Notes: a model not told the origin generated them from the letters alone. A stretch of 64,000 bases of DNA from Octopus sinensis (GCF_006345805.1 NC_043002.1:14074001-14138000), one strand, 5' to 3'; positions 28,166-41,995 are shown, counted from the stretch's first letter. Program-made: numbers and translations.

Positions 28166-29124
28166 GGTTATTTACAATCAACAATATTAATAATTGCCGA
28201 TTCACAGGAGAGTAAAACCGCTCTTATGATATAGAAATCTATCTGTGTGGCATCATGCAGCTTGCTCTATAAGCCATCGATGTCAGCCATTGCAAATATT
28301 CGAAGAGAACTGTGGTGTCAGTGGTCTGTAGGCCATCTACGTTGGCCGGCAATAGATGAGGGTTGCAAATCAGTCCCCCACCCTAAACGCACAACGATAA
28401 ATTAATGCTCCAACCAGACTGTTATAAGGGACAAGAAAGTACATTTTAGATCATTTTAGATCGAGAAAACTATATCCTGTTACATCTTCACGCTGACAGG
28501 TCAATTTTTAGATCAATCACGTGAAACTGTTCTAGATCACTTATGGTACCTAACCAAATATCTAGAGGCTAGTGTTCAAATCCCTCCTACAATTATAAGA
28601 CTGACAACGGATATTTTGGAAGGAGAAATGTTCATTTTGTACTTGTTACATTTAGTTAAATATGGTTTTGGTTGAAAGGTCGAAACTGACTTACTGCATT
28701 TTACATAATAAAAGTATCAACTTTGCATTACCAGAATCAATAACAATATATTAATTTGGTGCCTTGGGTGTAAATTTGATTGATAAACTCATCCTACACA
28801 TATTTTCCTATAATTTCTATGAAATCTTTTTTTTTGCGTCTTTGGACAGACTAAGAAGTGCTTACTTTATCCCTCTTGTATTTCGTGAGATGAGAATGTA
28901 AAAATGGATCAAATTCTATACAGCATTAACTCACAAAGATGTTTAACATTTAGTAGGAGAAGCTTATATTATATACAGTATAAATCCACACATACACACC
29001 TGCGTGTGTCTCTGTGTGTACAAAATATATCATATAAATGCTTATAAACACTGATATATGTATGTAGACATCCACCTGCGTTTATATACACACATGCATG
29101 CATGTGTATATGTGTGTTGTATAT

Positions 29125-29332
29125 CTCTTTAACTCTTTTACTCTTTTACTTGTTTCAGTCATTTGACTGTGGCTGTGCCGGAGCACTGTCATTAGTCGAG
29201 AAAACCGACTCCAGGACTTATTCTTTGTAAGCCTAGTACTTATTCTCTCGGACTCTTTTGCCGAACCGCTAAGTTACGGGGACACAAACACACCAGCATC
29301 GGTCGTCAAGCGATGTTGGGGAACAAACGCAG

Positions 29333-29365
<33 letters not shown>

Positions 29366-29374
29366 TATAAATAT

Positions 29375-29434
<60 letters not shown>

Positions 29435-29540
29435 ATATACATATATGGTAGCTTCCGTCTACCAAATCTACTCACAAGGCTTTGATCTACCGAGGATATA
29501 GTAGAAGACACTTACCCAAGGTGCCACGCACACGCAGTGA
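29125..29540 (-). mobile_element. SINE family A, 5'-truncated
   Basis: Tail (cttttact)n; the body is intact and the head is lost after gtgccacgca. Confidence 0.9.
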
Positions 29541-29584
29541 GACATATATACATTATATGTATAATATATGTGATATACATATAT

Positions 29585-29626
<42 letters not shown>

Positions 29627-30429
29627 ATATATTATATATATATGGTATGTCATACATATACATATATTATAGATATATGATATATCTTATGTATATGCAC
29701 GTATGTGTGTTTGTATACGTTACTGTATATACATAAAGAGATGAGTGTGCGTGTATTTGTCTGTGTTTGTGTCTATCTAAGTGATCCATCTCTGGAAAGT
29801 TGCAGAGAAACATTCCAGAGAGTGTATGTTCTATACTGACAAGCGTAGTCACTAATGTATGTGCCTACAATACATGTATTTGTATAGGAAATAATCCAAC
29901 AACATTCGATTTATTGATTTAAGTGTTTCAGATCATTTACTCAATGTAACAACGGCTACTAAATGTTGTCTCCAGCGAGGAAAATGCCAGTTGCAACCGG
30001 ACTAAATTTTCTCTTCACCATATTACATAGAAGCGCAGATTTCAGAGCTGAGACAAGAAGCCATTAAACGTGTACATTTATGAAGATATAAGAGGTGTCT
30101 TAAGTGGGCGGCGGTTATTTATGAGATAAAGTGAGAAAATTAAATGGCTTTTGTTCTCATGTTAATGTTCAAACGTGTTAAAGTGTACATGGTGTTATGA
30201 TGGGTGTATTGGTAATCTTAAGACTTCGTGTATGGACATGTGGGCGAAAACAGATATTTCTTCGTATATGTATTTCTGTGAGAGTGTTTGTGTGGTGAAA
30301 GATGATTGTGTTTTTAAATGTGTAGTTGTGTCTGCCTGTGTTTATAAGTCTGTATATATTTGAACAACACAGCACATACACACATGCGAGCACACAAACA
30401 CACATACACACACAAACAAAAATGGGATA

Positions 30430-30900
30430 GTGTGCGTTTGAATCTCAGGGTCGATAAAATAGGTTTTACGTGACGGCATTAAACGAAGTGTATTGCATTG
30501 AATAAAACAATCTTTAAAATGTATGAGTCAATTACGCAGTGATGTTCCTCACTTGTGACAAAAATTTAACGTTTGAATTTCAATATTAATACGCGAAATA
30601 TTAAAGACACTTTGAAATGCAAATCAGAACAGGACCTGTGTGCAATATATCAAAACAAAACACTGAAAAAAGAAGAGAAGTTAAGCGTCTGCATGCATGT
30701 GCACTAAAGGGACATATTTTAGTGAAACGCCATGGCTGTGAGTAATGAACAAGCTGTTCTCTATTAGATTAACGTGGAAAATTTCTTTTAATGGTAGAAG
30801 ACGAATTTAAATGTGTGTGTTAGTTTATTGAATTGAAATTCTGCCCATCATTTCACAAAATTACACGGATCTAATAAAAATTTAACAGCATCGGATGCTA
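30430..30900. promoter_or_regulatory. Non-coding block paralogous to 41045-41570, with AP-1-like and TCF+octamer-like motifs
   Basis: Identical 21-mer cactttgaaatgcaaatcaga plus several other colinear conserved blocks. Function is inferred only. Confidence 0.45.
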
Positions 30901-31010
30901 GTTCTTGATAACTCAGAGTTGCAAGAGGGAAATAATTTAGATATTTCATAATATGAATAGAAAAGAAGATAAAAGACTAACCACATCCAATTAGTAACAA
31001 TATTACTGCA

Positions 31011-31141
31011 GATGGGGAGCTGACAGAATCGTTCGAATCCCAGGTTACATTGGCATCTCAACTGTCTAAGTTCTATGCTCAAATACCGCTGAGGTCGATT
31101 TTGCCTCTCATCCTTTCGGGGTCGATGAAATAAGTACCAGT
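31011..31141 (+). mobile_element. SINE family B fragment
   Basis: gagctgacagaatcgtt...catcctttcggggtcgatgaaataagtaccagt. Confidence 0.8.
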
Positions 31142-32049
31142 ACTATATATATATATATATATAATACAAAAATTCTGAATAGCATAGAAGGAAAAGTCAC
31201 TTCTGTTATCTAAGTGTCCATGAGTCGGAAAAATCCTCACTTATATATTACTCAGCAGTGTGTGTATATTACACTAGACAACAAATTTCAACTTTATTTT
31301 TGTTATTACAGACAGGCACGTAAACCTCCCATTCCTACCAAACTTTTGAAGGTAATTTCAGATCTGATGTCCAAAATATCTGTCACGTCCCCATTGTTTG
31401 TAACCGAAAACTCCTATTTTTTAATTTTTTTCTCGCCCGATTCTATTACGAAAGCTAAGCTGCTTTTCTGTGTCACGTTTTATGTTCAGCATACTTAAAT
31501 AAGTGAACGGGGTTGTCTTCCATCCGGAATTCCGCCGGCAGAGTTACCACCTCTGCGCCCAATCATCCGCCAAAACGCGTTAGTATTTTCTTGTCATTAC
31601 CGAAACGCATCTTCCTGTTTTTTAAGTGAAAGTTTTATGCTTCCTCTGCCATTGTCGCTTTTAGAATGACGAGTTCCCCTTCTGCAGGGACCAACAATAA
31701 TCTGCCATCGTATTTGGTATCTGTTTTCTATAACTGAGATCTTTTGATGGATACGCTCACCATGCATGTCACTCAGGGTCCCAAGGTTGGCCGAGAAAAA
31801 GTCAAGATAAGAATGTGAAAAATGAATTCCATTTTTTCAGAAGATTTAAGCATGTTTTCTACGAGTTCACGTATGTGAAACAAGAAATATGTTTTGATAT
31901 AAGGTAAGCGCGTAAATAAATTATTTAATTCTTTATGTTCTGAGAGCAAATTCCACCATGGTCGACTTTGCTTTCGTTGCAAATACAACTTATGTCTGTC
32001 GTAGTATTTAATGACTAATTATACTTTGGTATTCCAGTAAAATATTGCA

Positions 32050-32420
32050 TTCACATGAGTGGGTTGAGTCGGCTTCTACTACTCATGGAAGAAGTTTCGT
32101 GGGAATATGTGGATTTCACAAGCGGTCCCCAACAATCCCGCGTGTAGAGACATCCTGTTTGCCGCAGATTTTTCGCAGACGCAAGGACAGAACGACCGAG
32201 GAGCCGCCGGTTGCCGAAACAGACACTCCGATGACTTTTACCAGAGCCCCGTCTGCTGGGTTGTGGCCCTAATACCACTCGGTGTCAGACCAATCCGCCT
32301 TGGGTGGCCCTACCATGAACCGAAGTTCCCAACGGCATAGCTCTGACACTACCCGTTGCCAGCGTCCCCATCACGGTGAGGAGGGGATGGACTTTGGGAA
32401 CGCAACAGAGAGGACGCGTG
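32050..32420 (-). mobile_element. RTE-clade 5' UTR fragment
   Basis: GC-rich; the reverse complement contains GCTATGCCGT...GTAGGGCCACCCAAGGCGGA, resembling the BovB/RTE 5' leader. Confidence 0.55.
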
Positions 32421-33457
32421 TGACTGATGCTGCTAATGATATTAAATTAATTAAGTTTAGACATTTTCCAGTCTTATTTCCAGCAAATAGCATTGGTTTT
32501 CTGAATAGACTGCTTTATAGCTATGTTAATTCTTACATTGTATTCAACTTGAACTTCTATAGTTAATATTTCAGTTGCTTGGTTATGTCTAGGCAGCATG
32601 ATTCAGCGGTCAACCAATATTAACTTATCTATCACTGTTTCATGATTCCTGATATACTGAAACTAACAAATAAATGTAAAAGCATCGTGATGAAGTATGG
32701 CAGTTTCGTACATGGCTGGCCAATGTGACTGATTGCGTTATGAATTACTCAACGTTTGTGTCTCTCTGCATATATTAAGATAATGGTCGTCATCTCACGT
32801 TTGTTCAGCGGTTAAACACTTGCTCTATTTGATGTTGAATAATTCTATGAAAATATTATTAGTGTTCTTTTGATTGGTAATAGGTGTTATATAATGTCTG
32901 GCAAAAACAAATAGCGTACAACAATTGTACCGTTTGAAAGAAATGCAATCTAGTTAGAGAAAAGTTGAAAAGTTCTGCATAACGCATATTGCATATACAA
33001 TTGTCTGTACAGGTAGATAGGTAGATAGGGAGGTAGATAAATAAATATGAATGTGTGTGTGTCTGTGTGTCTGTGTGTATACATATATTTATCCTTATGT
33101 GAGTGCTTGGAAATGCACACGTACACACAGAAGCACACATACACAAACATTAAAACAGATACACAGGCATATATAACGGATGATGCTACCATACTGTTGG
33201 ATATTGCACTGAAAGGAAGAAAATCTGTCTAATGCTGTAGGATAGATTGAAAAGTTATTTATTCCGAGCTGATTCTGTGTGGAAAATTATTAGTTTTGTT
33301 AATGCAACACCTGAAATTAATAATAATCTATTCTCTGTAACTTGCTTATATAAATACCGATCTAGGTCTCGTCGTATCATAATAATAACAACGTGTCAGA
33401 AATTACGATTTACACACATGTGACTACATAATATACTTGTTTTTTTCTTTTTTTTTC

Positions 33458-33619
33458 TTTTCACTTGTTTCAATCACTTGACTGCAACCCTGCTGGAGCA
33501 ACACCTTAAAGGATGTTAGTCGAAGAAATCGACCTCATTTATTCTTTTTACAGAATGAGAACGATAGAACTCATTCTATCGTTTTCTTTTGCCGAACCGC
33601 TAAGTTACGGGGGCCATAA

Positions 33620-33659
<40 letters not shown>

Positions 33660-33846
33660 TATATATATTATATCATATATACGACGGCTTTCTTCCAGTT
33701 TCCATTCATCACATCCACTCACAAGGCTTTGGTCAGCCCGAAACTATAGTAGAAGACACTAGCCCAATGTACAACGCAGTGGGACTGAACCCCGAGCCGT
33801 GTGGTTGGGAAGTAAGCTTCTTATCACACAACCACGCCTGCACCTA
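33458..33846 (-). mobile_element. SINE family A
   Basis: Full-length diverged copy. Confidence 0.88.
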
Positions 33847-33939
33847 TAGTGTATAAAATAATAAATGAATATAATATATCCGCAAAAAGCTTTTTACTTT
33901 CATCTTGTACCATTACCTATTTTTTCATCCAATTACAGA

Positions 33940-34310
33940 TTACAGGGATGCTGGGGCGGTGACTTGTGCTGTCTCGGTGGAATTAATTGACCACAATATT
34001 CACTTTTTAAAGTCTGATACTTATCCCCTCTGTTTACATTGCCGAACCGCTATGTCGCAGAAGCACAAACAGAACAAGACAGGCTCCCGAGCAATGGCTG
34101 TACAGATACAGATACAAGCTCACTCACACGTACGGTGCACAATCGCACTCACACATACGGCGGCTTCCACACGGTCTCCGTCTATCAAGTTTGCACGCCG
34201 AGGCATTAATCAGCATGAGCTAAAGTATGGAACAGTTTCCTAGAGTGCCACGCATTGAAATTAAACTTGAAACTATTCGATTGCAAAGTGAGCTTCTTAA
34301 CAACACAGCT
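33940..34310 (-). mobile_element. Older SINE family A-related copy
   Basis: gccgaaccgctatgt and cggcttccacacggtctccgtctatcaa are colinear with family A. Confidence 0.6.
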
Positions 34311-34509
34311 ATATCTCGAAAAATTCTATGACAACTGCCGGCATATATATATATATATACATAATGATATTATTAGTGAATATTATTATTAATAATAATA
34401 TTAGGGAATATATTGGTATATGTTCTTACCTTATATTTAAATTTTTCTATAGGATGTAATTTTTTTCTATATTGTATAATTTAATGTTTTCATTGTTTTC
34501 ACACGCACG

Positions 34510-34555
<46 letters not shown>

Positions 34556-35743
34556 CATACACACACATATATACGTTAGATATATATTTATATAATATAT
34601 GCATACACACACATATATTCATATAAGAAAAAGAAGAAAATGGAGAAATTGACATATAGATATCAATTTATTGAAAAAAAATCCAGTTTCAAACAATATC
34701 AAACCCAATCCATCAGTTGTTTCCCTGTCCAATTAATAAATTCAAATTAGAAAAATTAATTTAAAGATTCATATTGAATTATAGTTAATGGGACATTTCT
34801 TCAGGGTCAGAACTTGAAAGAAGGAACTGGGTCCCAGTGTGTTGATATACCATTGCTAGACTCATCATTAAATTCAGATTTGTGCGCTTTTGCATTCTAG
34901 TGTATTTTTGGAAAGAAAACGTTACTTGTGTATATGCTACTATATTTTAATTTATTTGTGTGCGTGCGCGTGTTAATATGTTGAAAAAGAAAGAAGTCGT
35001 TAGGTTGATTAAAAGATATTTTGATGCAATTAATTATAATTAAAATCCTTTATTCCTAATTTTCTTTGCTACTTGTGACAGTACGAAATGTCACAAAATT
35101 TTTTTTAGTTTCCATTTCTCCCCTCCTTCTTTGCTGTCACCTATCTATCTTTCATCCACATCCTACTCTCTTTCGTTCTTTCCCCCTTCTCATCACCCCC
35201 TTTGTTTCTTTCCCTCATCTTCTCTCTTTTCCCCTTCTCCTCTGTCTGTTTGATCCCACTTGACTACAGGTCATTTTTCTCACTTCTGTCTTATCTTGAC
35301 GTGATGCCCTTTAGCTGGACGTCATTTTACTCGCCTCTGGATATTTTTTCTCATTTTTCTCTTCTACTATTTTCTTATTTATTCTATATCCTTTCAAAAT
35401 GTCTCCCAAGCGTTACCTTTTATAATGCGTCTTGGCCTAACGTCCCGTAATGTTCGTCTTCGTCGATTGTTTACACTGTACGACCAAACTGTCGTTGTTT
35501 GTTTCGTTCGAAGCTCTAACTCTCCACAAATTGTATGTTTTATGAACGTTTCCTCTCTTGTTGAAAGCTCGAAATAGACAATAATTAACAGTCAACAAAT
35601 GAGGACGGAGTATACATCTTATTGTATTTTGTCCAGTATTGTCTCTCAAGTATGTACGTATTTTTCACTCGTTGGTGATGCCCTGTTCTTATTGTATTTT
35701 TTGTATATTATCCTATTTCGTTGGTGATGGACTGTACTTCATG

Positions 35744-35793
<50 letters not shown>

Positions 35794-35856
35794 CTGTGTA
35801 TAAATTGCAATCATGCTCGTTGCCATTCATTCCCACGCACAAACGTCAGGGTATGG

Positions 35857-35891
<35 letters not shown>

Positions 35892-35954
35892 ATATATACA
35901 TATGTATTAGTGAGTGTGTCTGTGAGAGTGTGCATATCTATATCTATCTATCTA

Positions 35955-35994
<40 letters not shown>

Positions 35995-36210
35995 GTTAAT
36001 CCAAACAAGAAAACACAAAAAAACACAACAACGCCGCTAGGACGTGGAACAAATAAAGTATTATTGGACGCTCAGGAAAGAAGAGAAGAAGGAGGGCCTA
36101 ACGTATCGAGCGGAGCTCTTCGTCGGAGACGTAGGAGAATGAAAGATCTCGAGAAGGGAAGACAGAGGAAAAAAATCGCCAGCGGTACTCACGAGGTCAC
36201 ATGATCGTAT
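35995..36210 (-). mobile_element. Non-coding repeat family P1 with a mutated minimal hammerhead (36096-36130)
   Basis: Reverse complement is homologous to 46500-46702; motif GUCU-CCGACGA-A-GAGC UCC GCUC-GAU-ACGU-U-AGGC. Confidence 0.8.
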
Positions 36211-36243
36211 CTCATCGCCAGATTATATATATATATATATACA

Positions 36244-36292
<49 letters not shown>

Positions 36293-36338
36293 TATATATA
36301 TATATATATAATATATATATATAATATATATATACACA

Positions 36339-37962
36339 CAGGTTGCGGACAAAATGTTCAGATCGGCATTGTTTTCGTCAGAAAAGTAGGTATAAGTTTC
36401 TTTCAAAGTGGTTTTATATTCTATACTTTTCACAGACAATGAAAACGATATTATTTGTTATTGTGTGAGATTTTGGTGTAATTTGGGAGGATAATACAAA
36501 ACTTATGGATGATTTAGTGATTTACTGCAAATCCCATGGCGGCCAAAAGGATCAGAACGGTTTAAAAAATAACAAAATAATCAAAAATGACTGAGAATAC
36601 TGGAATTATTTAATATTTAGTGTGAAGCCCTTTAGCTTCAATCACACTTTGACATCTTCGACTGCATGAGGAAATTAAAGTTTCAATTTCTTGCTGGGTG
36701 ATCTTATTCCATTCTTCCTGAAGGGCATTCCATAATTGCTCGGTTGTTTTAGGATTTCTGGCTTTCGAACGTTCTCCTAGAACATTCCACACATTTTCAA
36801 TAGGATTGAGATTTGGGCTTTGAGCAGGCCAATCCATAACAATAACCTTTTCAGCCTTGAGGAAGTTCATGATCACCTTAGCCTTGTGACATGGGGCATT
36901 GTCCTGCATGAATATGTGTGGTCGCTTAGTTGAATTTCTCAGCACAGGCAAGACATGATCTTTTACAAGTTGTTTATAAACTCCTGCATTTACCTTTCCA
37001 TGTAATTGCACCAAAGGGCCCCACACCAACTCCAGATATCATCCTCCAAACTATGACACTTCCTCCACCGAATTTAACACTAGTCTTAAGGCATTTAGGC
37101 GACAATTTTTCACCTACTTTTCGACGAACGTACCTTTTTTCATCTGAGCCAAATAACAAAAACTTAGATTCATCACTGAAATGCACCGTTTGCCATTTTT
37201 CATAAAACCACAACACATGTTCGGTTACAAAGGTAAGATGACACTTTTTATTCTTGGAGCTGATCAGTGGCTTCCCTGCAGGTGCTCTTGCTTGTTGGCC
37301 ATGTTCAACTAAACGACGAGACACAGTTTTTCGAGATAAAGCTTTCTTCAGTGCAATGCTCATTTCCCGAGAAACAGCAGCTGCAGTTATAAATTTGTCC
37401 TTTTTAACCAATTTTACCATAACACGATCTTCTCTCTTGGTCGTTTTCTTGGCCTACCTGTAGACGTTCTTGCTTCACACGAACCACAATCATCGTAGGC
37501 CTTAAGAATACCGCGAACAACACTTTTTGACATGTTAAGGATCGTTGCAATAGACCCAATACTTAAATTATCCTTCTTTCGAAGCTTAATGATCGGCTGA
37601 CGAATTGGTAACGGAGTAAGTGGCATTATATTAACAAAGTACACTGCAGATATTCTTACTAATGTTTAGTAAACGAACCGTCACGTAAACATATTCAAAA
37701 CATTAGAGTTCGCCGGTTAAATATACTAAAACACGGAGTAAAAGCAACCGTTCTGATCATTTTGGCCGCCATGTTTTTTGCAGTAAATCACTAAATCATC
37801 CATAGCTTTTGTATTATCCACTCAAATTACAGCAAAATCTCAGGCAAATAATATCGTTTTTATTGTCTGTGACAATTATAGAATATAAAACAACTTTGAT
37901 AAAAACTTATTCCTACTTTTCTGACGAAAAAAATGCCGTTCTGAACATTTTGGCCGCAGCTG
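36339..37962 (-). mobile_element. Full-length Tc1-family transposon (DD34E), ~220-bp TIRs
   Basis: TIRs caggttgcggacaaaatgttcaga / tctgaacattttggccgcagctg; transposase motifs FSDESKF, QDNAPCH, WPAQSPNLNPIE with 34 residues from D to E. Confidence 0.97.
36610..37626 (-). pseudogene. Tc1 transposase, two frameshifts
   Basis: ORFs 37414-37644, 36974-37420 and 36610-37029 join into a complete transposase. Confidence 0.92.
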
Positions 37963-37980
37963 TATATATATATATATATA

Positions 37981-39268
37981 CGAAGGGCGTTGAATAAGTA
38001 ATGCCCCTGACCCACTTCCCATAGTAGTAGAGCAACGAAACTTGGCACAGTTATTAGTCTTTTTCTACATAGGAACCACCCAGAGTTACGCATTTCTCCC
38101 CTCGTTTGATGCAGCTCCGGAGACCGTTTTTGTAGAAGACCCCACCTTGGTCCTCCAACCACGACGTGACTTCAGAAATCAAGGCTGCATCATCTGGGAA
38201 ACGCTTTCCTTTCAAAAACAACTTCATGGATGGGAAGAGGTGAAAATCAGAGGGCGCAAGGTCAGGAGAGTAGGGGGATGGAGGAGGGGTTCATAGCCGC
38301 ACGCCTGTGCTTCTGATCTGGCGACAAGCGAGTTATGGACTGGAGTGTTGTCCTGCAGGAGGAGGATCCCTTTGCTGATCTAGCCCCGCCTCTTGATTTT
38401 GATAGCTTCTCTTAATTGCCTCAAAAGTGAAGCATAATAGGCTCCTGTAATTGTGGTACCCTTTGCCAGGAAATCGGTCATCACTACTCCGTCCTGGTCC
38501 CAGAAGACTGAGCATGACCTTGCCAGCGAAGGGCTGAACCCTTGCCTTCTTTGGAGGAGGTGAGTCACGGGTATTCCACTGCATTGACTGGGCTTTGGTC
38601 TCTGGATCATAGTGATGGGCCCAGGTTTCATCCTGTGTAATCAGTCTTTTGAAAAATTTTGACTAATCTTCTTGGCACATTTCCAAATTCATCCTCGAGC
38701 ACTCGACGCGTTATTGCTTCTGGAAAGGTGTGAGCAACCTGGGAATCCATCTGGTAGACACCTTTTGCATATGCAAATGGTCATGAATGATAGTTTCCAC
38801 AGACCTGGTACTAATCTTGACCTAATGGGCTATTTGGCGAATAGTTATGCGTCGATCTTCCAAAATGGCAGCCTCAACTTGACGGACAAATGCCTCATGA
38901 ATGGCAGAAGGGGACGACCAGATCTGGGAGCTGTTTCCACAGAGTTCCGACCATGTTTGAATTCACGATGCCAGCGTTTTACAAGGTCATATGATGGGGC
39001 ATCATCACCATAAGTTACTTTCATTTCATCAAAAGTCTCCGTGGTGTGCGTCCTTTCAAATACAAAAACCGGATCACTGCTCGATACTCAACAGGCTCCA
39101 TTTCACACTTGATTCAGTTCAAACATCTGTAAATCAGAAACCACAATTAGTTCAGAGCTGTAATTTGCCACTTAATCTATAGAGATATAAATAATTGCAC
39201 ATGCAAAATTCCAGCTAGATCAAACAACTGCAAGTGTGTCAGAGGCATTACTTATTGAACGTCCCTCG
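37981..39268 (-). mobile_element. Full-length mariner element (irritans-like CGAGGG TIR)
   Basis: ~30-bp TIRs cgaagggcgttgaataagtaatgcc / ggcattacttattgaacgtccctcg; TA flanks. Confidence 0.95.
38054..39101 (-). pseudogene. mariner transposase, frameshifted
   Basis: MEPVEYRAVIRFL..., VFWDQDGV, HPPYSPDLAPSDFHLF, ending GSYVEKD*. Confidence 0.9.
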
Positions 39269-40127
39269 TATATATATATATATATATATATAATAAGGGT
39301 TTTTTGCAACAAGTTGGTTAACCCACATACCGAAAATATTAGAAATAGCAGCCAATAACTACTATTTCCTTTTACTACAAAAATAAGTTTCCACAGACAA
39401 CAATATTTGTAACTCATATATGGTAAAAAAAGAAGAAAAACAACGAAATCTCACAGTCTTCGGATTAATTATGGACGATCGTTTCTGGATTAGAATCGTA
39501 AAGTTCATTTCCTTATCGTCATAATATTTCCCATAAATCTAGAAGTGTCAGGAAAACTTACCTCTTATATTTTCGACCAAGCGACATCGAAAGATACAAA
39601 AGTCAACCAGCATATCCACATTTATATAGACAAGCGGATTCGTATCTCCCGTATGTATGTATGTGTGTGTGTATGTGTGTGTGTATGTGTGTGTATGCAT
39701 GAACACCGAATGACAGAAAATGTAATTTTTATATTCTATATATGGCATTTGGCATTTCTATATGCAGAATAAAGAGTGGCAGAATTCTTTAGCTAGTTTA
39801 GATATATAACATGTGCATCATATACTTAAATACTTGTGTAACTGTATAACTAAAAATGAGACAATATTTATTATCTACATATAAATACCAGTCTAATTAT
39901 GATTTTGTGTCAAAGAATATTTGTGTGTTAGTATATCTTCATCTCAGTAATTATACAAAGCAATAATACTGATTATCGTTGTTCATGAAACTATGGGACA
40001 TAATTTTGTCAATAACGTACAATTAATTTTATGTAATAACGTATTTCTGATTTTTATTGTTAAATAATTTATTGCTGTTGTTATGTCTTCTGTAATATAA
40101 AAACTTTTTAATGCATTCAAAGTTTAT

Positions 40128-40460
40128 ATATTACGGAGATGTACTTGCATAGCAAGTGACCTGATCTGAGATCGTGTGCTGGAACGAAAATATTTTCAGC
40201 GTGGAAGGAGTTTATAAGCCATTTAAGAAACACACAAAAAACCGTTAGATTCACTTCAATATTTAATTTTAATATGCCAAAATATTTTTGTCGCTTTGAG
40301 ACCGCGACCTGTTCACTGACAAATTTCCGTGATGCATCCCAAGTTTATATATTTTAAAATGAGGGTGAGAAGTTTGATATTAATTTAATTGACACCAATT
40401 TCACACCAGTGGCCAACCATATGAGAAAAAAAAATGAAGGTTCAGTAAAATTGTATTATA
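40128..40460 (+). mobile_element. Dispersed non-coding repeat (working family P4)
   Basis: Homologous to 58098-58280; its 3' part resembles 40-135 and 2850-2930. Confidence 0.7.
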
Positions 40461-40667
40461 TACATATAAGAGGGATAACCACTATGCAGACAACCCTTAT
40501 GCTAGAAATAGATCCACTATGTTAAGACCATAGCCGATCTACTTCTAGCATAATGGTTGTCCACATAGTTGTTATCCCTCTTATATGTGTGTATATATAA
40601 AGATATACATACACATACAAACAATGTTTAAGTATACAATATATATATATATGTGTGTGTGTGTGTA

Positions 40668-40700
<33 letters not shown>

Positions 40701-41044
40701 GTGTGGGTTTGTGTGTGTGTGTGTATTCCACTTTTAGTATGCATAGCCGCGTAACTAATGTCATTATTTTCTTCAAATACCATGAAACGTTTTCATTGAT
40801 GCTAGCTGTGCCATTGCTTTTGGATCGTTTCTGAAGAACGGAAACATTTTTGTTGTACTCTGTAACTTTGATGATATAATGATCATAAGACCAAGTATGT
40901 TTCTTAATAATAATATACTTAATGTCTGTGTGCTTCTGTGTATTTCTGTGCATCTGTGTATGCTCTGTATGTAACAGTGCGTGTATACATGCACATGAGT
41001 CTTATAGTTGTTTGGAAGTGCGAACCCAGACGCATATGGTGTGC

Positions 41045-41570
41045 CGTGCTTATGAATCTCATAGCAGAGAGAGGGAAAAAAAAGGGCTCACACGGCGACG
41101 TTAATCAAAGTGAATTACTTTAAATAAAAGAATCTGTAACCAGTACGACTCAATTAAGCAGAGGTGTACAACACTTGCTGTAAAGCGATAGCTTTTGAAT
41201 TTGAATATTAATAAACAAAGGCTGAAAGTCACTTTGAAATGCAAATCAGAGCAACATTTGGTGGGAACGAGATTGTAGAAAGTTCTGTTAAGTGTCTGCA
41301 TGCTTGAGCATTAAATGAACATTTTATAGTCAAATGCTACGGCTGTGAATAATAAAGAACAACCCGTTCTGCACATTAACGTGCACCTTTCTCTTAGTGC
41401 CAAAGGGAAAATTAAAATGAGATAGTTATAGTCAGTTCATTAAATTAATTTTCGGACCACGTTGCAACAGAATAACACTTAACTGATAAAACTTAAAACA
41501 ACGTTAGACGCTCGGCCTTAACAATTGCCAATGGTACACGAATTAAAATTTTAACATTGTCGGATGTAAA
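41045..41570. promoter_or_regulatory. Second copy of the conserved non-coding block
   Basis: See 30430-30900; cactttgaaatgcaaatcaga at 41230-41250. Confidence 0.45.
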
Positions 41571-41710
41571 CACAAAGAAAAATAAAGAGCCAAAGGAAGA
41601 AATTTGAAATATAACGATATTGACTTTCCTGTGGAATTTGGAAATAATCAAAGGTGCACCACAAAATATACTCACACATACATACACACATACACATATG
41701 CGAGCATATA

Positions 41711-41770
41711 TTTGGTTGTCCGGAAAGTTCGTGTCCATTTTTAAAGGAAAGAAAAATGTCAATACATACT
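41711..41770 (-). mobile_element. Solo end of the mariner family found at 62693
   Basis: ttggttgtccggaaagttcgtg matches that TIR. Confidence 0.7.
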
Positions 41771-41774
41771 TGCA

Positions 41775-41995
41775 GAGTAGAAACGCTGAGTAGATGAAAC
41801 AGGGACAACTGAAGAAGGGGAATATTCTTTATGTTGTATGTCTCGTTTAACTGTTCTTTTCGTTGTTTGTAAAAAATTCCTTTCTATGTTTTTGTTTTGA
41901 TGTTCTTGTTTCTCATTGTGTTCATCGTTTATTTGATGTCTTGTACCCATATATGCATGTATATATACATATATATGTAGGTATGTTCATATATG
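41775..41995 (+). mobile_element. Repeat family P2 copy
   Basis: Homologous to 5190-5410. Confidence 0.6.
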
